Shown here: positions 1 to 15,058 of the stretch, piece after piece | Position numbering within the stretch: the first letter of the stretch is position 1 | Layout: every line of letters starts with the position of its first letter | Origin: Octopus vulgaris | Taxonomy: Eukaryota | Assembly: GCA_951406725.2 (NCBI GenBank) | Contig: OX597820.1 | Span: forward strand, 97,526,001 to 97,590,000 | DNA: 64,000 nt | Reading direction: 5' to 3' | The notes under the pieces: generated by a model | Databases searched by the model: none | Seen by the model: only the letters and a program-made list of their open reading frames with translations | What the model was told of the DNA's origin: nothing | Translations under genes and position numbers: made by a program

Positions 1-168
1 CCTGAACCGCTAACTCGAGCGGTGCTTCAGATTTGCTCAAAAATACAACGCGCGCTCTGTCCAGGAATCGAACCCACGGTCAAGCGATTGTGAATGCAAT
101 ACCCTAACCACGATACTTTCTCTATCCGTCTATTATCCTGAACCGCTAATTCGAGCGGTGCTTCAGAT
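1..168. repeat. 32-bp direct repeat (1-32, 137-168) flanking a minus-strand tRNA-like SINE head fragment
   Basis: cctgaaccgctaa(c/t)tcgagcggtgcttcagat occurs twice. The sequence between reads gtggttagggtatt...gggttcgattcctgg on the minus strand (B-box-like). Confidence 0.6.
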
Positions 169-534
169 AAATTACTAACACAAAAGACGCATGCGCGCGC
201 ACACACACAGGTGATATTACATCAAAATATTAATTATAATTATATACATTCTCAATAAGGCGACGAACTGGCGGACTCTGTCCTTCAATCCTGCGACGAA
301 TCGGCTTCCTGCTCAAGGAGAGTGTTGTAATCTCGGTTACTCATACGCCATGGAAACCGGGCAATAGGATTTACATGTGGGCGTGTTTGTGTGTATACAT
401 ATATATACATACATATGTATAGTCATAAGAATGGAGTCAAACCAAATAGTAATATTTTGAAATCATTTAATATATAGCACGTTTCAGGTTTGTGTGATAT
501 ATAATGTACAAGATACATAATATCTTAACGTTCC

Positions 535-590
<56 letters not shown>

Positions 591-594
<4 letters not shown>

Positions 595-750
595 ATCCAA
601 ACAAGAAAGCACAAAAAAAAACACAACAACGCGAGGACGTGGAACAAATATAGTATTTTTGGGCGCTCAGGAAAGAAGGAAAGAAGGAGTGTTTAACGTT
701 TCGAGCGGAGGTCTTTGTCGGAAACATAGGAGAAGGGAAGACAGAGGAAA
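591..750 (-). mobile_element. 3'-terminal fragment of an HHR-bearing PLE-type element, abutting (TA)n
   Basis: Near-identical to 51328-51510 and partly to 50850-50960. Shares tagtat..ggcgctcaggaaa with the PLE 3' end at about 27602-27620. Confidence 0.7.
691..725 (-). ncRNA. degenerate minimal hammerhead ribozyme motif
   Basis: Minus strand GUUU-CCGACAA-A-GACC/UCC/GCUC-GAAA-CGUU-AAAC. Stem I is GUUU/AAAC. G8 and stem II are mutated relative to the 51432-51466 copy. Confidence 0.55.
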
Positions 751-774
751 AAAAAAAAAAAATATATATATGTA

Positions 775-975
775 TTACTCTTTTATTCTTTTACTTGCTT
801 CAGTCATTTGACAGCGGGCATGCTGGAGCACCGCCTCAAAGGGTTCTAGTCGAAGAGATCGATCCCAGGACTTCTACTTTGTAAGCCTAGTACTTATTTC
901 ACCGGATATTTTTGCCGAACCGCTAGGTTACGAGGACATAAAACATACAAGCATCGGTTGTCAAGCGATGGTGGG
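775..975 (-). mobile_element. SINE family A, 3' part
   Basis: Matches the tail of the repeated SINE (ggcggtgctccagcatgg...actgaaacaagtaaaaga). Confidence 0.75.
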
Positions 976-1021
976 TGGAATATATCTATATATATATATT
1001 TATATAAACATATACATATAT

Positions 1022-1478
<457 letters not shown>

Positions 1479-1889
1479 CTTTCACTGGTTTTAGTCATTG
1501 GACTGCGGCTATGCAGGGACACCGCCTTGTATATATTATGTATATATATATATGTATGTGTGTCTGTTTATGGCTGTAGCTTGATGAAATCTCTCACAAA
1601 TGGAATTGTTTACATGCAAAATGGTGTAAGTCAGCCCATTACTGCCGACTTGGACTTTGCTTTTTAAGGAGGGCGAATGTCAAAGCATATCTACTGCAGC
1701 TGATACCTTACCGGAAGAAGTTAGAACCAACTTCCGGACCTCTCACAACTCTCAAACTTCAAGCTGTCACTGCCTAACACGGATACCACGGCTAACAGAG
1801 ATTACGGGAATATATGTGTGCGCGTGTGCGTGCGTGTCTATACGTATATATATGTAATTACATATATATGTGTGGGTGTATGTGTGTGC

Positions 1890-1941
<52 letters not shown>

Positions 1942-2320
1942 TAAATATATATAATATACAGGCATACACGGTCGCGGGTTCAATGCCAGTGCGTGTCGCA
2001 TCCTTGGGAGTAAAGTTGGGAAGATGAGAACTGTAATTTTTCCATAATTCTACCCTTGTGGCAACGTGTGTCACGCTGACCCCGGTTCTAGAATTTCTTG
2101 CCAGAGAGGTATGTACCTGTGAACTCAGCCACTTTATACATTAACTCAGGGAACAGGTAGTTCGGTTAATTCAGCAAGTGAATAGTCATCGTCAAATCCG
2201 ACGTGTGTGTGTGTTTCCGTGTACACACACGAAAACACACAGAATATCGAACACACATACGCAAGGTTCGATATTGTGTTCGATACTCTTTATACCCTTC
2301 GGGCTGCTTCTCATTCATCT

Positions 2321-2364
<44 letters not shown>

Positions 2365-2591
2365 CATTTTGGACTTATGGGTATATGTCGATAAGTGTAT
2401 TAATGTGTTGAATAGAGTACTGGCACAGTTTGGGCAAAAATGGAAGCAACACGTTGAACAGAGTCCCACCCATAAGGGACAGCAGCAGGATGGGTATAGA
2501 AACGACCGTTGTACAAAATAAAGATTAATACCAAATCCATTTTCTGGTTACTTAATCAATTATCATTATATATATATATATACACACACAT

Positions 2592-3150
2592 TTACAAGGT
2601 GCGATGTGTAAATTGCCGCCATTTTGTATTTCCAATTTTGCGCATTGTTTGTTTTTGATTTTGCCGACTACACAGTATAGTAGGGTCAGTTCGGCACCGC
2701 CTGTTAGAGAAACAGCACCATCATGCAATTTACTCTACCAGAAATTTAGAAATGACATGCTATACTGCTTGGCATTCGCGCCGGAAGCTCCATTGTGAAC
2801 ACTTCTGGGAGTATGGGTGTCAATCTGAGGAGATTGCAGAGGATTCGGGAAGAGTTAGATGAGTCTAATAGTGATTATGAAGGTATGGCAGCTCGGAAAA
2901 CTCACTCTGGTCGTTCTGATAAGAAAAGAACTCCTGAATTTGTTGGCGAGATCCAAGCCATGATTGACAACGATCTCTCCTAGTCAATGAAGTCCATCGC
3001 GCCAGGGACAAGGCAGGTGGTGCATGAAGACATTCGGTATCCCACATACAATTTTTATCCCAAGCCATCAGGGACAAGAGGAAAGGCTGCGCTACAAAGC
3101 TTTTGAACAAACTGAAGCATCCTCTCCAATCGAACATGCTTTGGTTTTTC
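2592..3150 (+). mobile_element. decayed Tc1/mariner-superfamily transposon fragment
   Basis: TIR-like start tacaaggtgcgatg. Broken ORFs (RKTHSGRSDKKRTPEFVGEIQAMIDND) resemble the HTH region of IS630-Tc1-mariner transposases. Confidence 0.5.
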
Positions 3151-3262
3151 GTGTCTGTGTATATATATACAAATATGTGTGTGTGTGTATGTGTATGCAT
3201 GTGTGTGTGTGTGTATGAGTACTCGTGTTGTGTACATTTAGATATATGGATGTTTAGGTAGT

Positions 3263-3550
3263 CAGGAGGCGCAATGATCCAGTGGTTAGGGCAGCGGACT
3301 CGCGGTCGGAGGATCGCGGTTTCGTGTGTGTTTATTGAGTGAACACACCTAAAGCTCTACGAGGCTCCGGCAGGGGATGGTGGCGACCCCTGTTGTACTC
3401 TTTCGCTCCAACTTTCTCTCACTCTTCTTCCTGTTTCTTGAGTAACGCTGTGATGGACTGGCGTCCCGTCCAGCTTGGGGAAACACATACGCCACAGAAA
3501 CCGGGAAACACAGAAACACATACTTCTGGCTAGGCTTGAAAAGGGCGCAT
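3263..3550 (+). mobile_element. tRNA-derived SINE with V-domain-like core
   Basis: tRNA-like head ggcgcaatgatccagtggttaggg, V-SINE-like gatggactggcgtcccgtccag...gaaaccgg, and an (AAAT)n tail. Confidence 0.6.
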
Positions 3551-4483
3551 AAATAAATAAATAAATAAATAAATAATATTGGGTAGTCTAAAAAGATATA
3601 GAGAAGGTCGTAACTGGAATGGTGTTGATCAAAGTTCTGTTCGTTTAAAGCTGGCGTGTGTGGGCTAAGGAACAAAAATGAGCACCACCACAGCCGCCGC
3701 CACCGCCTCCGCCGCCGCGCACCCCGATCATTGATCATCATTAATATTATGACACACTCGGAATCATCGTCGACGTCGTGACAATTCCCACTACCACCAA
3801 CACGACTACCATCTTCGTCAATAGTCACCTCATCATTGATGACGCGGTGGTTAGCTGCCCTAACCACTGGATCACTGGATCATCGTCGTCGTCGTCGTCG
3901 CCATCATCATCACCGTTATCATCATCATCACAGTTGTCGTCGTACTTGTCATCGTCGTCGTCGTCGACTGCGTCACCATCTTTGCTACAACCATCCGACA
4001 CCGGAAGTAGGCTGCTATCAGTTCCTTGTACCACTCAAGTTTATCAGTGTGCGCAGCTGTGAGTTACGACGAATGTGTGTGTAAAGGGTGGAGGGAAGAG
4101 TTTCATGTATTTATAAGCGTGCGTTTGCGTATGAATGCGTGCACACACACACACACACGCACACATACACTCACGTATACAGATATACCCATGTAAAGGC
4201 ATACATACACGCACACATAGTGCCCCACACATGTACACGCATTCGTATATTTTCATTTGTCTTGCTTATTTTTTACACTTTGGTTTTGTGCTGAGTTTTT
4301 TCTTGAGAACACATTCTTCGTGGAAATTAGCGATTTTGACGTCTATATCTAGCATATTGACCGTCCACTTTTAGTGGTCAGTCCTTTAAATTTTGTATGT
4401 AAAAAATATTTTAATCTTCGGATTTTTTTTAATATGCTAGGCCACTGGTTTTAATTGATTAATATCAATTTCTACCCTTATTC

Positions 4484-4542
<59 letters not shown>

Positions 4543-4544
4543 CA

Positions 4545-5940
4545 AACGTGGTGGGTTCTCTATTGCACCAGCTTTCTTCTTTTTTTCAGTTCTGCCTTAA
4601 AAACTGTGTCACTCCAAAGCACTGGAAAATTGCTTGTGTCGTTCCCTAGTTCAAAAAAATAAAAAAGCGATCTCACATCACCTCTCAACTACTGTCCAGT
4701 CAGCCTTACTGACACAGGACTCCATCACCAAGCTGATGGAGTCCTGTGTCAGAGAAACACTCTGGAACTTTTGGAGATCTCACAACCTCACAATTTGGTT
4801 ATATCCCCAACTCCAGCTGCTGTAGTCAACTCATCCAGTTTCTTGGGGACATTACCCGAGTTACTGATGGCGGCTCATGAGTGGAAGCTGTCTACCTTGA
4901 TTTTACTAAAGCCTTCAACTCTGTACCACACAAACGACTCATAGCAAAACTCTCTGCGATGTGAAGGGTGGTTGCTATAACGGGTTAAAATCTTTCATTC
5001 CCGGTTGGAAAAAGGTAGTTACGGTTCTAGGACATCATTCTTCACCCTTCGAGATGACTTCTGGTTGCTATAGCGGGTTGAAATCCTTCAATCCCGGTCG
5101 GAAAGAGGTAGTTACGGTTCTAGGACATCATTCTTCACCCTTCGAGATGACTTCTGGTGTACCACAGGGATCCGTTCTTGGACCCCTACTGTTTGTTGCA
5201 CATATTAATGATATTGATGCCAATCTGAGGAATGTTACAGTGCTGAAATATGTAGATGACTTCAAGCTGTACCTCGAACTAAAAAGAACAGATCCCATGT
5301 GCTATAGGTCTTTCTTGCAATCAGATCTGGATACAATGCAGCAATGGATCTCTGACTGGCAACTCAAGCTAGCTGTGGGCAAGTGCGCCGCCAGGCATTT
5401 TGGGAGGAAAAAGCCAACCATTACATACTCCCTCAGCATCACCAATTTCAAGAAGTCTTCTAGTGGATATGATCTGGGCATTATCATAAACCACAATCTG
5501 CATTGGATAAACTACATCTTCAAGATTGTCAAGAAGGCTGAGGAGGTGATATCACCACTCAGTAAGACCTTTGTCAGCCGCTCTCCAGCTATCTATTTAA
5601 AATTCTAAATGACAATGGTACGTCCACACTTGGAATTTGCATCACCAGTCTGGAACCTCTATCTTGCTCAGCATATAAATCTCCTGGAAACTGATCTGCA
5701 CGTCTTGCTCCCCTGGGCATGGATACATTGAAGCTCAGACTTCTGGCAACTGACTTGGGAGACACCCACAAGAATATCCACCGTTTTGAATTCCATATGA
5801 CAAACACTCGCGGACATGCTCATAAAATCAAAACAACAACGCAACATCTATGACTTTCGGAGACATTTTTTCACGCTCAGAATTGCTGAAACGTGGAATA
5901 AACTACCCACATCAGTTGTTAGCTGCATGCTACTTAGCGG
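4545..5940 (+). mobile_element. CR1/L2-group LINE reverse-transcriptase pseudogene fragment
   Basis: YLDFTKAFNSVPH, GVPQGSVLGPLLF and KYVDD (YADD-like) motifs with stops and frameshifts. Contains a 93-bp internal tandem duplication. Confidence 0.85.
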
Positions 5941-7241
5941 TTTGTCGAGAAAGACGGATAGAAAGAGTACCAGGCTTTACAAAAAATGATAAGTACTGGA
6001 TAAGTACTGTTCGTTCAACTAAAATTCTTCAGGCGCAGCTCCAACATTGTCGCAATCTAGTCACTGAACACCAGTAAAAGATAAAGGATACACACGCGTA
6101 TGTAATATAATATATATATATATGTACATATATGTATATATATGTGTATGTATATGTGTATATATGTGTGTGTGTATGTATATGTATATATATGTGTATG
6201 TATATGTGAATATATGTGTGTGTATGTATATGTATATATATGTGTATATATATATGTATATATATATATGTGTGTATATATATATATGTATATATATATG
6301 TGTATGTGCATATATAGATATTTACATATACACGTACACGTTCCATCGCACCTATAAACACACACACACTCTCTTTCTCTCTCTTTCTTTCTCTTCTCTC
6401 TCTCTCTCTTTTCTTTCTTTCCCTCTCTCTCTCTCTCTCTCTTTCTCTCCCTCTCTCATTTATATTGCCGGAAATCTGATCGCCTGACACCAACGAGGTT
6501 CGAAATATGTTGTGCCATATATTCATAATAATGACGACCACGACGGCGACGACGACGACGATGATGAGGATGATGATGATGAGGGTGGTGATACTGATAG
6601 TGGTCGTAGCAGTAGCAGTGGTGTCCGTACAAATTGCGGAGTGGTCGGTTGGAAGTTAGAAGTGGGGGCATTCAGTCTCTCTATCTGGTTCGAGATGCTT
6701 GTGTCAGACTGCTGAAGAATGAGTTCATAGCGACCAGTTGAGTCTCCGGCGTCTCGGATTACACCGCTCTTTAGCACCACTTAAACACATGGCTAGCTAC
6801 TTCCGTACCATACTTTCACTTTAGCCAAACAGTCTCTCATCTACTATGCACATTCGTATGTATGTATGTATGTATGTATGTATGTATGTATGTATGTATG
6901 TATGTATGTATGTATGTATGTATGTATGTATGTATGTATGTAGGTGTGAATGGATATGTATATACGTAGGAATACATCCATATATATATAATGTCGTATA
7001 TATATGTACATATATTTTTATATAGGAACACAGATAAACATATATATGCGCATGTACTTGTAATATATATTTATGCATAAATGTATGTATAAAAGTTCAC
7101 TTCGCAGCCACGGGATTGCGGGTCATTTGATGTTTCACGGCACATTGGCACCTTGGGCAAGTGAATTCTACTAGAGACCGAGCCGACCAATCCCTTTGAG
7201 AGTGAAATTAGTTATCGGAAACTGTGCTGGTGTAGCGCGCG

Positions 7242-7296
<55 letters not shown>

Positions 7297-7441
7297 ATAT
7301 ATGTATGTATATATATATGTATATATATATCTATTTATTTATATATATGCATATATATATATCTATTTATATATATATATATGTATGTATATATATATAT
7401 AAATATATATTTATATATATTTATATATATATATATCTATT

Positions 7442-7473
<32 letters not shown>

Positions 7474-7514
7474 CATGCATATATATGTATATGTATATGT
7501 ATATATGTATATGT

Positions 7515-7560
<46 letters not shown>

Positions 7561-7793
7561 GTATATATATGTATATATATGTATATATATGTATATATAT
7601 ATGTATATATATGCATATATATATGTATATATAGAAGGCATTAAAACGTTCGGATAGTTAGACGATACAAAGACGGACAAGAGAAACAACAATTAGGACA
7701 GGCAAAAACAGACGGGTCATTCTTGTCTTTCTGTCATCTGTCAAGTCCCAGAAGTCACGACTATTCCGGGCAGTTACATTTGAGTTGGTTCGA

Positions 7794-7886
<93 letters not shown>

Positions 7887-7900
7887 TATGTATATGTATA

Positions 7901-8560
7901 TTTAAATTAAGCAAACAATAGAGAAATCTTGATCAACAACAAATGACTACCATCGATTATTATTTTTTAATACAAACCTTTATCTCATCTAACACCCATT
8001 TCTGCTTCCAATGTCCCATAGAAAAATTCTGCTTCCAATGTCCCATAGAAAATTCTGAGAATAATATTTGTCATATTTTATAACACATCCAATCTCGAAC
8101 ATGGAACTTCACCAGAGTGAAGGATAATACTTAAAATAAAAGAAGAGCCTCGAGGCTATTCTTTTCTTCACTTTTCTTTCATTTTATGTATTTTTCTTCA
8201 CTATGATGAAGCTCCATGTTCCAGATCGGATGTGTTACAAAATATGACGAATATTATTCTCAGAATTTTCCTTGGCAATACTGTGGGACATTGGAAGCAG
8301 AAACAGCTGTTAGATGAGATAAAGGTTTGTATTAAAAAATAATAATCGAAGGTAGTTAATTGTTGTTGATCAAGATTTCTCCATTTTCTGCTTAATTTAA
8401 ATTGATTCCTGATAAGCTCTTGTTTATCGTTGTTATTGCCTGTATCCTATGAGCATAATATTCTTGCATATGTATGCCCAGGGTTAATATAGGTAATTTA
8501 TACCAGTAGTAAAATTCGTATCCCTTAGACGGTTATTCCAACCGCTAACTCTATTAGCCT
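7901..8560 (+). mobile_element. fold-back HHR element between microsatellites: arms about 7901-8124 / 8196-8402, plus tail
   Basis: About 200-bp imperfect inverted repeat flanked by (TA)n and (CATA)n. Contains an HHR motif. Confidence 0.75.
8196..8318 (+). ncRNA. degenerate hammerhead motif with extended stem II
   Basis: CUUCACU-AUGAUGA-A-GCUCCA...UGGAAGC-A-GAAAC-AGCU-GUU-AGAUGAG. The inverted arm reads CUGGUGA at the core, so the inferred ancestral core is CUGAUGA. Confidence 0.55.
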
Positions 8561-8589
8561 ATACATACATACATATATACATACATACA

Positions 8590-8623
<34 letters not shown>

Positions 8624-8665
8624 CATATATACATACATATATACATACATACACACACATACACA

Positions 8666-8704
<39 letters not shown>

Positions 8705-9184
8705 TATATATATCCTTAAACATCCTTCCTGCATGGTGTGGATGTAGGTGTCTTCAAAAGGGCACTGGATCCTCCCTGTCAAGGGTTCTAGATGAGCCTA
8801 CCTCACGACAGGAAACACAAATAAGGGCTGCAGCATCGAACTCCCTCTTTCACCAAATGCCATATATTAGAGAAGGCTTCAAGTAATGGTGTAGCACAGC
8901 CAACGGTGGTGCTCCAGCATAACTGCAGCTTTAAAGCTGAAACAATTTACAGATATACACGGTGTCCCAAAGGTCACTGATGGGCTTCAATTTTTAATAA
9001 CTTCCTTAACTTTACAAATAAATGCATGAAATTTTGATACAATATAAAGGACATATTTTTGTAAAATTGTCGTGTGTGTGACTTACTACAATTTAAAAAT
9101 TTTTTAAACCGTTGAACTACGCTTTGACAATTTTCATATCTTGGTATCTGAAGCAGCTGGAGATACGATAGTATGACCAAGCAA

Positions 9185-9443
<259 letters not shown>

Positions 9444-9508
9444 ATATATATATAAACATATAGAATGATATATATGTATATGTCTAAATATATATACATA
9501 CATATGTG

Positions 9509-9540
<32 letters not shown>

Positions 9541-10117
9541 CATATAGTATGATATATATATAAACATATAGTATGATATATATGTATATGTCTCAATATA
9601 TATATACATATATATGTTTGTGTATGTGTGTGTATATATATATATATATGCGTATATACATATACACGTACTCTCATACAAATAAAGAAGAACTGAACAG
9701 TTTCATGACAAAATGTAATGGAATAACGATAGATCAAAAACACCTCCCAAATACCAGAGGTACAACAATATCACCATCCCTTCTTATTTGGCTCATAGTT
9801 TTTACTTTTCTCCTTGCCTCCGTTATTTAATTATATATTCACAAATTTGTTTATTTTCATGTATTTAATTTGTATAAATTTTGAAATTGGGATTTCCGGG
9901 AAATTTCCTTCCCATAATCTATCTACAAGCAAACAGAATATCTACTGTACAAGCAGTTATGTTAAAGGTCATTAGACGCTTCGAGATAGTTGAATTTATC
10001 GCGTCTCGCCCATTGCGATCGTTTTTGTGTTCGTGTATGCGAATGTCTGTTTGTATATATTTATGTGTATGCATATATGTACATATATGTGTATGTATAC
10101 ATACATACATACATACA

Positions 10118-10600
<483 letters not shown>

Positions 10601-11091
10601 AACTAATGTTTATGTATAGTTTAAATAAGTATATATATGTTGTGTCTATACCTATATATGTATACACACACACACAGATACATATGACTCACACACACAT
10701 ATATGTGCGTATGTGAATAAATATACGTATATATTTGTGTGTGTGCATGTGTATATGAATATACATATGTATATATCATGTATATATGCATATCTTACGT
10801 AAAAGATACCAACGTTTATGTGTATATGCATGTATGTTTCAACCGTTTCAAGTAAACAAGGTACTTTACTTCTAAGAAAAGAGCGGGAAAATGCAGTATG
10901 TGAAAATAACTCCCTACTTTCCGGCTTAACTTTTCCCGGAAAGCAAACCATCAACTGCATATGTAACACTAACGTGCGGAAGACCTACTTATACCGCAAG
11001 GAGAAGTCTACTTCCTTTCTACTATTTAATAAAGCAAATAAAGAGGCTTAGCTATGTGCGTTTTGTATATATATATATATATATATATATT

Positions 11092-11436
11092 GCGTGGCAC
11101 CTTGGGCAAGTGTCTTCTACTATAGCCTCGGGCCGACCAAAGCCTTGTGAGTGGATTTGGTAGACGGAAACTGAAAGAAGCCCGTCGTTTATATGTATAT
11201 GTATATGTATATATATGTGTGTGTGTTTGTGTGTCTGTGTTTGTCCACCCAACATCGCTTGACAACCGGTGCTGGTGTGTTTACGTCCCCGTAACTTAGC
11301 AGTTCGGCAAAAGAGACCGATAGAATAAGTACTAGGCTTACAAAGAATAAGTCCCGGGGTCGATTTGCTCGACTAAAGGCGGTGCTCCAGCATGGCCGCA
11401 ATCAAATGACTGAAACAAGTAAAAGAGTAAAGAGTA
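11092..11436 (+). mobile_element. SINE family A, 5'-truncated
   Basis: accttgggcaagtgtcttctactatagcctcggg...gactgaaacaagtaaaagag, shared with more than 10 copies in the window. Confidence 0.85.
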
Positions 11437-12084
11437 ATATATATATATATATTAGTTCGATAATAAACACGAAGTCCCTCTACAGCGAGACCCTTTTTTT
11501 ATGTCTTTCTATCATATTTTAACCTCTCATCACCTGACATAAAGGTGCCTTCCATAATACAACTCCTCCCTGAGTTGAGGGGATTTTCTTGTGAGTTATT
11601 TGATAACCTCACTTGTGTCGGTACCACGTAAAAAAAAAGCATCCAGTATATTCTGTAAAGTGGGTCATGTTAGGAACAGTAGGTAGCCGTAGAGGTTATG
11701 CCAAATTAGACATTGGAACCTGATGCAGTCTTCTGGCTCGAAAGCTCCTGTCAAACCATCCAGCTAGTTAGACTTATATAAAATGATAACAGACTTTATA
11801 TAACTTTATATAACAGACTTATATAAAGTGATGTGTACATATATCTTGGCCACGTTGCTTCGTACTCGATCATGAAACAGCATTCGCTGCCGGATTGTCT
11901 TTCGGAGAACAATTTTTCTTTACGTATTTTGTAAAAAATACATTAAGTTTCAAACAACATAAGTTACCGTTGTTTCTATATGATCCCTCGGACATCTGGA
12001 GCCAGACATGTACAAACCAAAACATTTGTCGATATGTTTTGCGCACCCATACACACGCGCGCACTCCTCTCTCTCTTTCACACA

Positions 12085-12121
<37 letters not shown>

Positions 12122-12592
12122 TCGCAAATATATTGAATATCTTTTTTTTTATTAATGGTTTTTCATAATTTAGAAGGTATTCTTCATACTTTGTTTGGCA
12201 AAATAAATTTCCTAAGTCCGTTATCAACGTTTTTAAATTTTTATTTTGGCGTATGCTGCTGCCTATCTATGGTAAACTGATGGGATTACTATAGATTACT
12301 ATAGACATCACCACTTGAATTAGAATTTTCATGGGTTGATTTATATCATTCACTTGTAATTTTGCTTGCAACTGTTATCTGAATAATTTAGCATTTCGTT
12401 GTGTTTCAAATATAAGACTATCTCGATTGGATATTCCTCAATCGTTTCCAGGGACCGTATTCTATGTGTACAATGGCGAAAGCAATTGAATACACTCATA
12501 TTCAGCGCGCACGCACGCAAACACACACAAATACATGCACGCGCACGCATATTCACATATACATGTGGTATATGTAAATGTATTTGTGTGTC

Positions 12593-12641
<49 letters not shown>

Positions 12642-13179
12642 GTGTGTATAAATGTCTGTGTGTGTGTATATGTATATATATGTATGCACTATATTTATAT
12701 AGGTATATATATGTGTGCATGTATGTGAAAGTGCATAGTCTAGTGGTTGGCCTCGATATCGTGAGTTCTATCTCTGGATCTAGCAGCACATTGCACCCTT
12801 GGGCAAGATATACCATCTCCATTGGTCCAGTCTACTCAGTCGAAAATAGATACCACTCAACTGCTGACGCAGCCTTCTACCCTTCTGCCAAGTAGCAGAT
12901 ACTGAATGTTCTGCTCAGCCAAGCATAAGGTGGCTGAAAGGATGTCTGTATCTACTCGTGACTATGCAGGCATCTAAAACAATTAGTGAAAGCGTGGTAC
13001 AAGCTAGTATTTCACACTCGCTTATGAGTGACGGCTAAACTATTTTATGTCTTTCCGGTTTACCTATTTGTGTGTGTGTGTGTGTGTGTGTGTTTGTGTG
13101 TATAAACTTTTGACTTGTAAAATTTGACTTGCAATGTATTTTTAAAATTGTTAATAGTCACCATTTTTCTCCCTCACAG

Positions 13180-13719
13180 GCCGAAAATGGAAAGAAATGA
13201 AGCAAGAACAGAGAGATCCATTCTTGAAAGAAGCCGAACGGCTCCGTCTCTTGCACATGAAAGAACACCCGGATTACAAATATCGGCCGAGACGGAGAAA
13301 AAACCCCAAACGGAATATTAAGCGACCTGGGGGCTCAAATAGCGGATCTGGTTCCAACAATAGTCCAAGACCTGGTGCCAACAGCCATCACCACCAAAAC
13401 AGTAGTAATAGCAATAGTAATAATAGTCATGGTGCTGGTTCTGCTGTGGGTAGCAACTCCGGAATGTCTTCGAACAGCACATCATCTCTTATGATGCAGA
13501 CTCAGTGTTCTCGAAGTAATCGTGGAATGAACAGCATCACGGCAAGCGCCCCGATACTGTCCAATTTGCTGAACACACCAGATTCCTCACCTTGCTCCAC
13601 TCCGCCAAACGAAGGCTTGGAAAAATGTCGTGCTCTGGGTGAGAAAGGCGTCGTGTACGACCGCACCTCCAGTAGCGGTGTATTGACCCCTGAGATGTCG
13701 CCGCACAACAATTCCGATG
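13180..13719 (+). CDS. SoxF: SoxF-group HMG-box transcription factor, internal coding exon (C-terminal half of HMG box)
   Basis: Acceptor tttttctccctcacag at 13179. Translates (G)[44 protein letters not shown]. Phase-1 intron falls in the Gly of LG, as in SoxF genes. TPDSSP and LTPEMSP resemble Sox7/17/18 motifs. Donor G|gtaggt at 13720. Confidence 0.9.
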
Positions 13720-14107
13720 GTAGGTGTCTATTATGATTTTCCTGTAGTAGTAACTGTTTGTGTAGAGATATAACATATTTTATTATATTAGTATCAAATT
13801 ATCTAATTAGAAATATCTATGAAGTGGGAAAATAATATTAGATCAGTGACTAATATTATTTTAATCCTTTCGGTAAGTAAAAAACGAAGTACATATTTGA
13901 AAAGTTACCCGAGGAGACGCGTCTGCACCCATAGTACATCACAGTTGATTGTACAGCATCTCACCTGTAAGGTACTGGTACACGATGAATTGAAACGATC
14001 GTAATCATTTTGAATAAAGTCTCATGAATTACATTTGCAGTCTACGAACATTTTTACTCACGCTGGCCTCTGGTAAAAAATTAATATCTAATTTTTACCC
14101 TATATTT

Positions 14108-14168
<61 letters not shown>

Positions 14169-14399
14169 AATTCAAAATGAAATTTTACACCGTTTACACT
14201 CGAGTTTCATGTTGCCATTTTGTGATACACATGGGGCACCTTGATATACAAATACGGTTCAAGACGGTATTCGTTTCTTACTTAAGATTGTGAGTCAAGT
14301 GAAATTTGGTTGTTATTTCTAAAATATAGAGGCGCTCTCCTCGTATGTGTGTGCTAAATATATAAATAAACATTTCACTGGGCGTAGAGCGATGTTCAG

Positions 14400-14585
14400 G
14401 AAGGTTACGCATGTTGGACCTCTGAACTCTTCAGTGTTTTCCTTCTCTGTTTTTTAAAATTCTTTCTCCACTTTTTCCCTCTTATTCCTTTCTGTCGAAG
14501 AGCGTGGGCTCGAAACATAAATGGCTTTTCCATTTTTCCTGAGTGTCAAACTAATACACCTCCTTGTTGTTTCTACACCTCCTTG
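14400..14585 (+). mobile_element. PLE 3'-end fragment inside the SoxF intron
   Basis: Homologous to the reverse complement of about 27555-27680 (HHR, then ttcctgag..actaataca..ttgt..acacct). Resumes at 14801 (gtcttcgtcttttgttt). Confidence 0.65.
14488..14523 (+). ncRNA. hammerhead motif, A6U core variant, degenerate stem III
   Basis: CUUU-CUGUCGA-A-GAGC/GUGG/GCUC-GAAA-CAUA-AAU. Same family as 27636-27673. Confidence 0.55.
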
Positions 14586-14947
14586 CAATATATATATATA
14601 AATTGTGTGTATAAATGTCTGTGTGTGTGTGTATATGTATATATATGTATGCACTATATTTATATGGGTATATATATGTGTGCATGTATGTGAAAGTGCA
14701 TAGTCTGGTGGTTGGCCTCGCTATCGTGAGTTCTATCTCTGGATCTGACAGCACATTGCACCCTTGGGCAAGATATATATATATAAATGTGTGTATAAAT
14801 GTCTTCGTCTTTTGTTTTTCTTTTGATTCGTTTTCGTTTATTGAATGACCAAAGTAGTTTTAACATTGAAATGAGAAATGCCACCAACAATTTCATATAA
14901 ATAACTTCACTGTATTTTGTTTTCTTTCCTTTTTTTTTATTTCTCAG

Positions 14948-15027
14948 GTATGTTTAAATTCCCACCGACTGATGATGCTTCTTTTAGACATTTTTATCAT
15001 AATAACCAGTTTGCTAACAACCCGGCT

Positions 15028-15058
<31 letters not shown>

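Noticed and set aside
2440-2515. acccat/atgggt stem followed by GAAACGACCGTT (similar weak cases at 475-490, 7750-7770, 26600-26660)
   Set aside because: Only the 3' half resembles an HHR, or the core is too decayed to call.
3349-4084. Asp/Ser/Arg/His-rich ORFs (also 6456-6780)
   Set aside because: Imperfect trinucleotide repeats open in several frames on both strands. No HMG or other domain motif, and no convincing splice sites.
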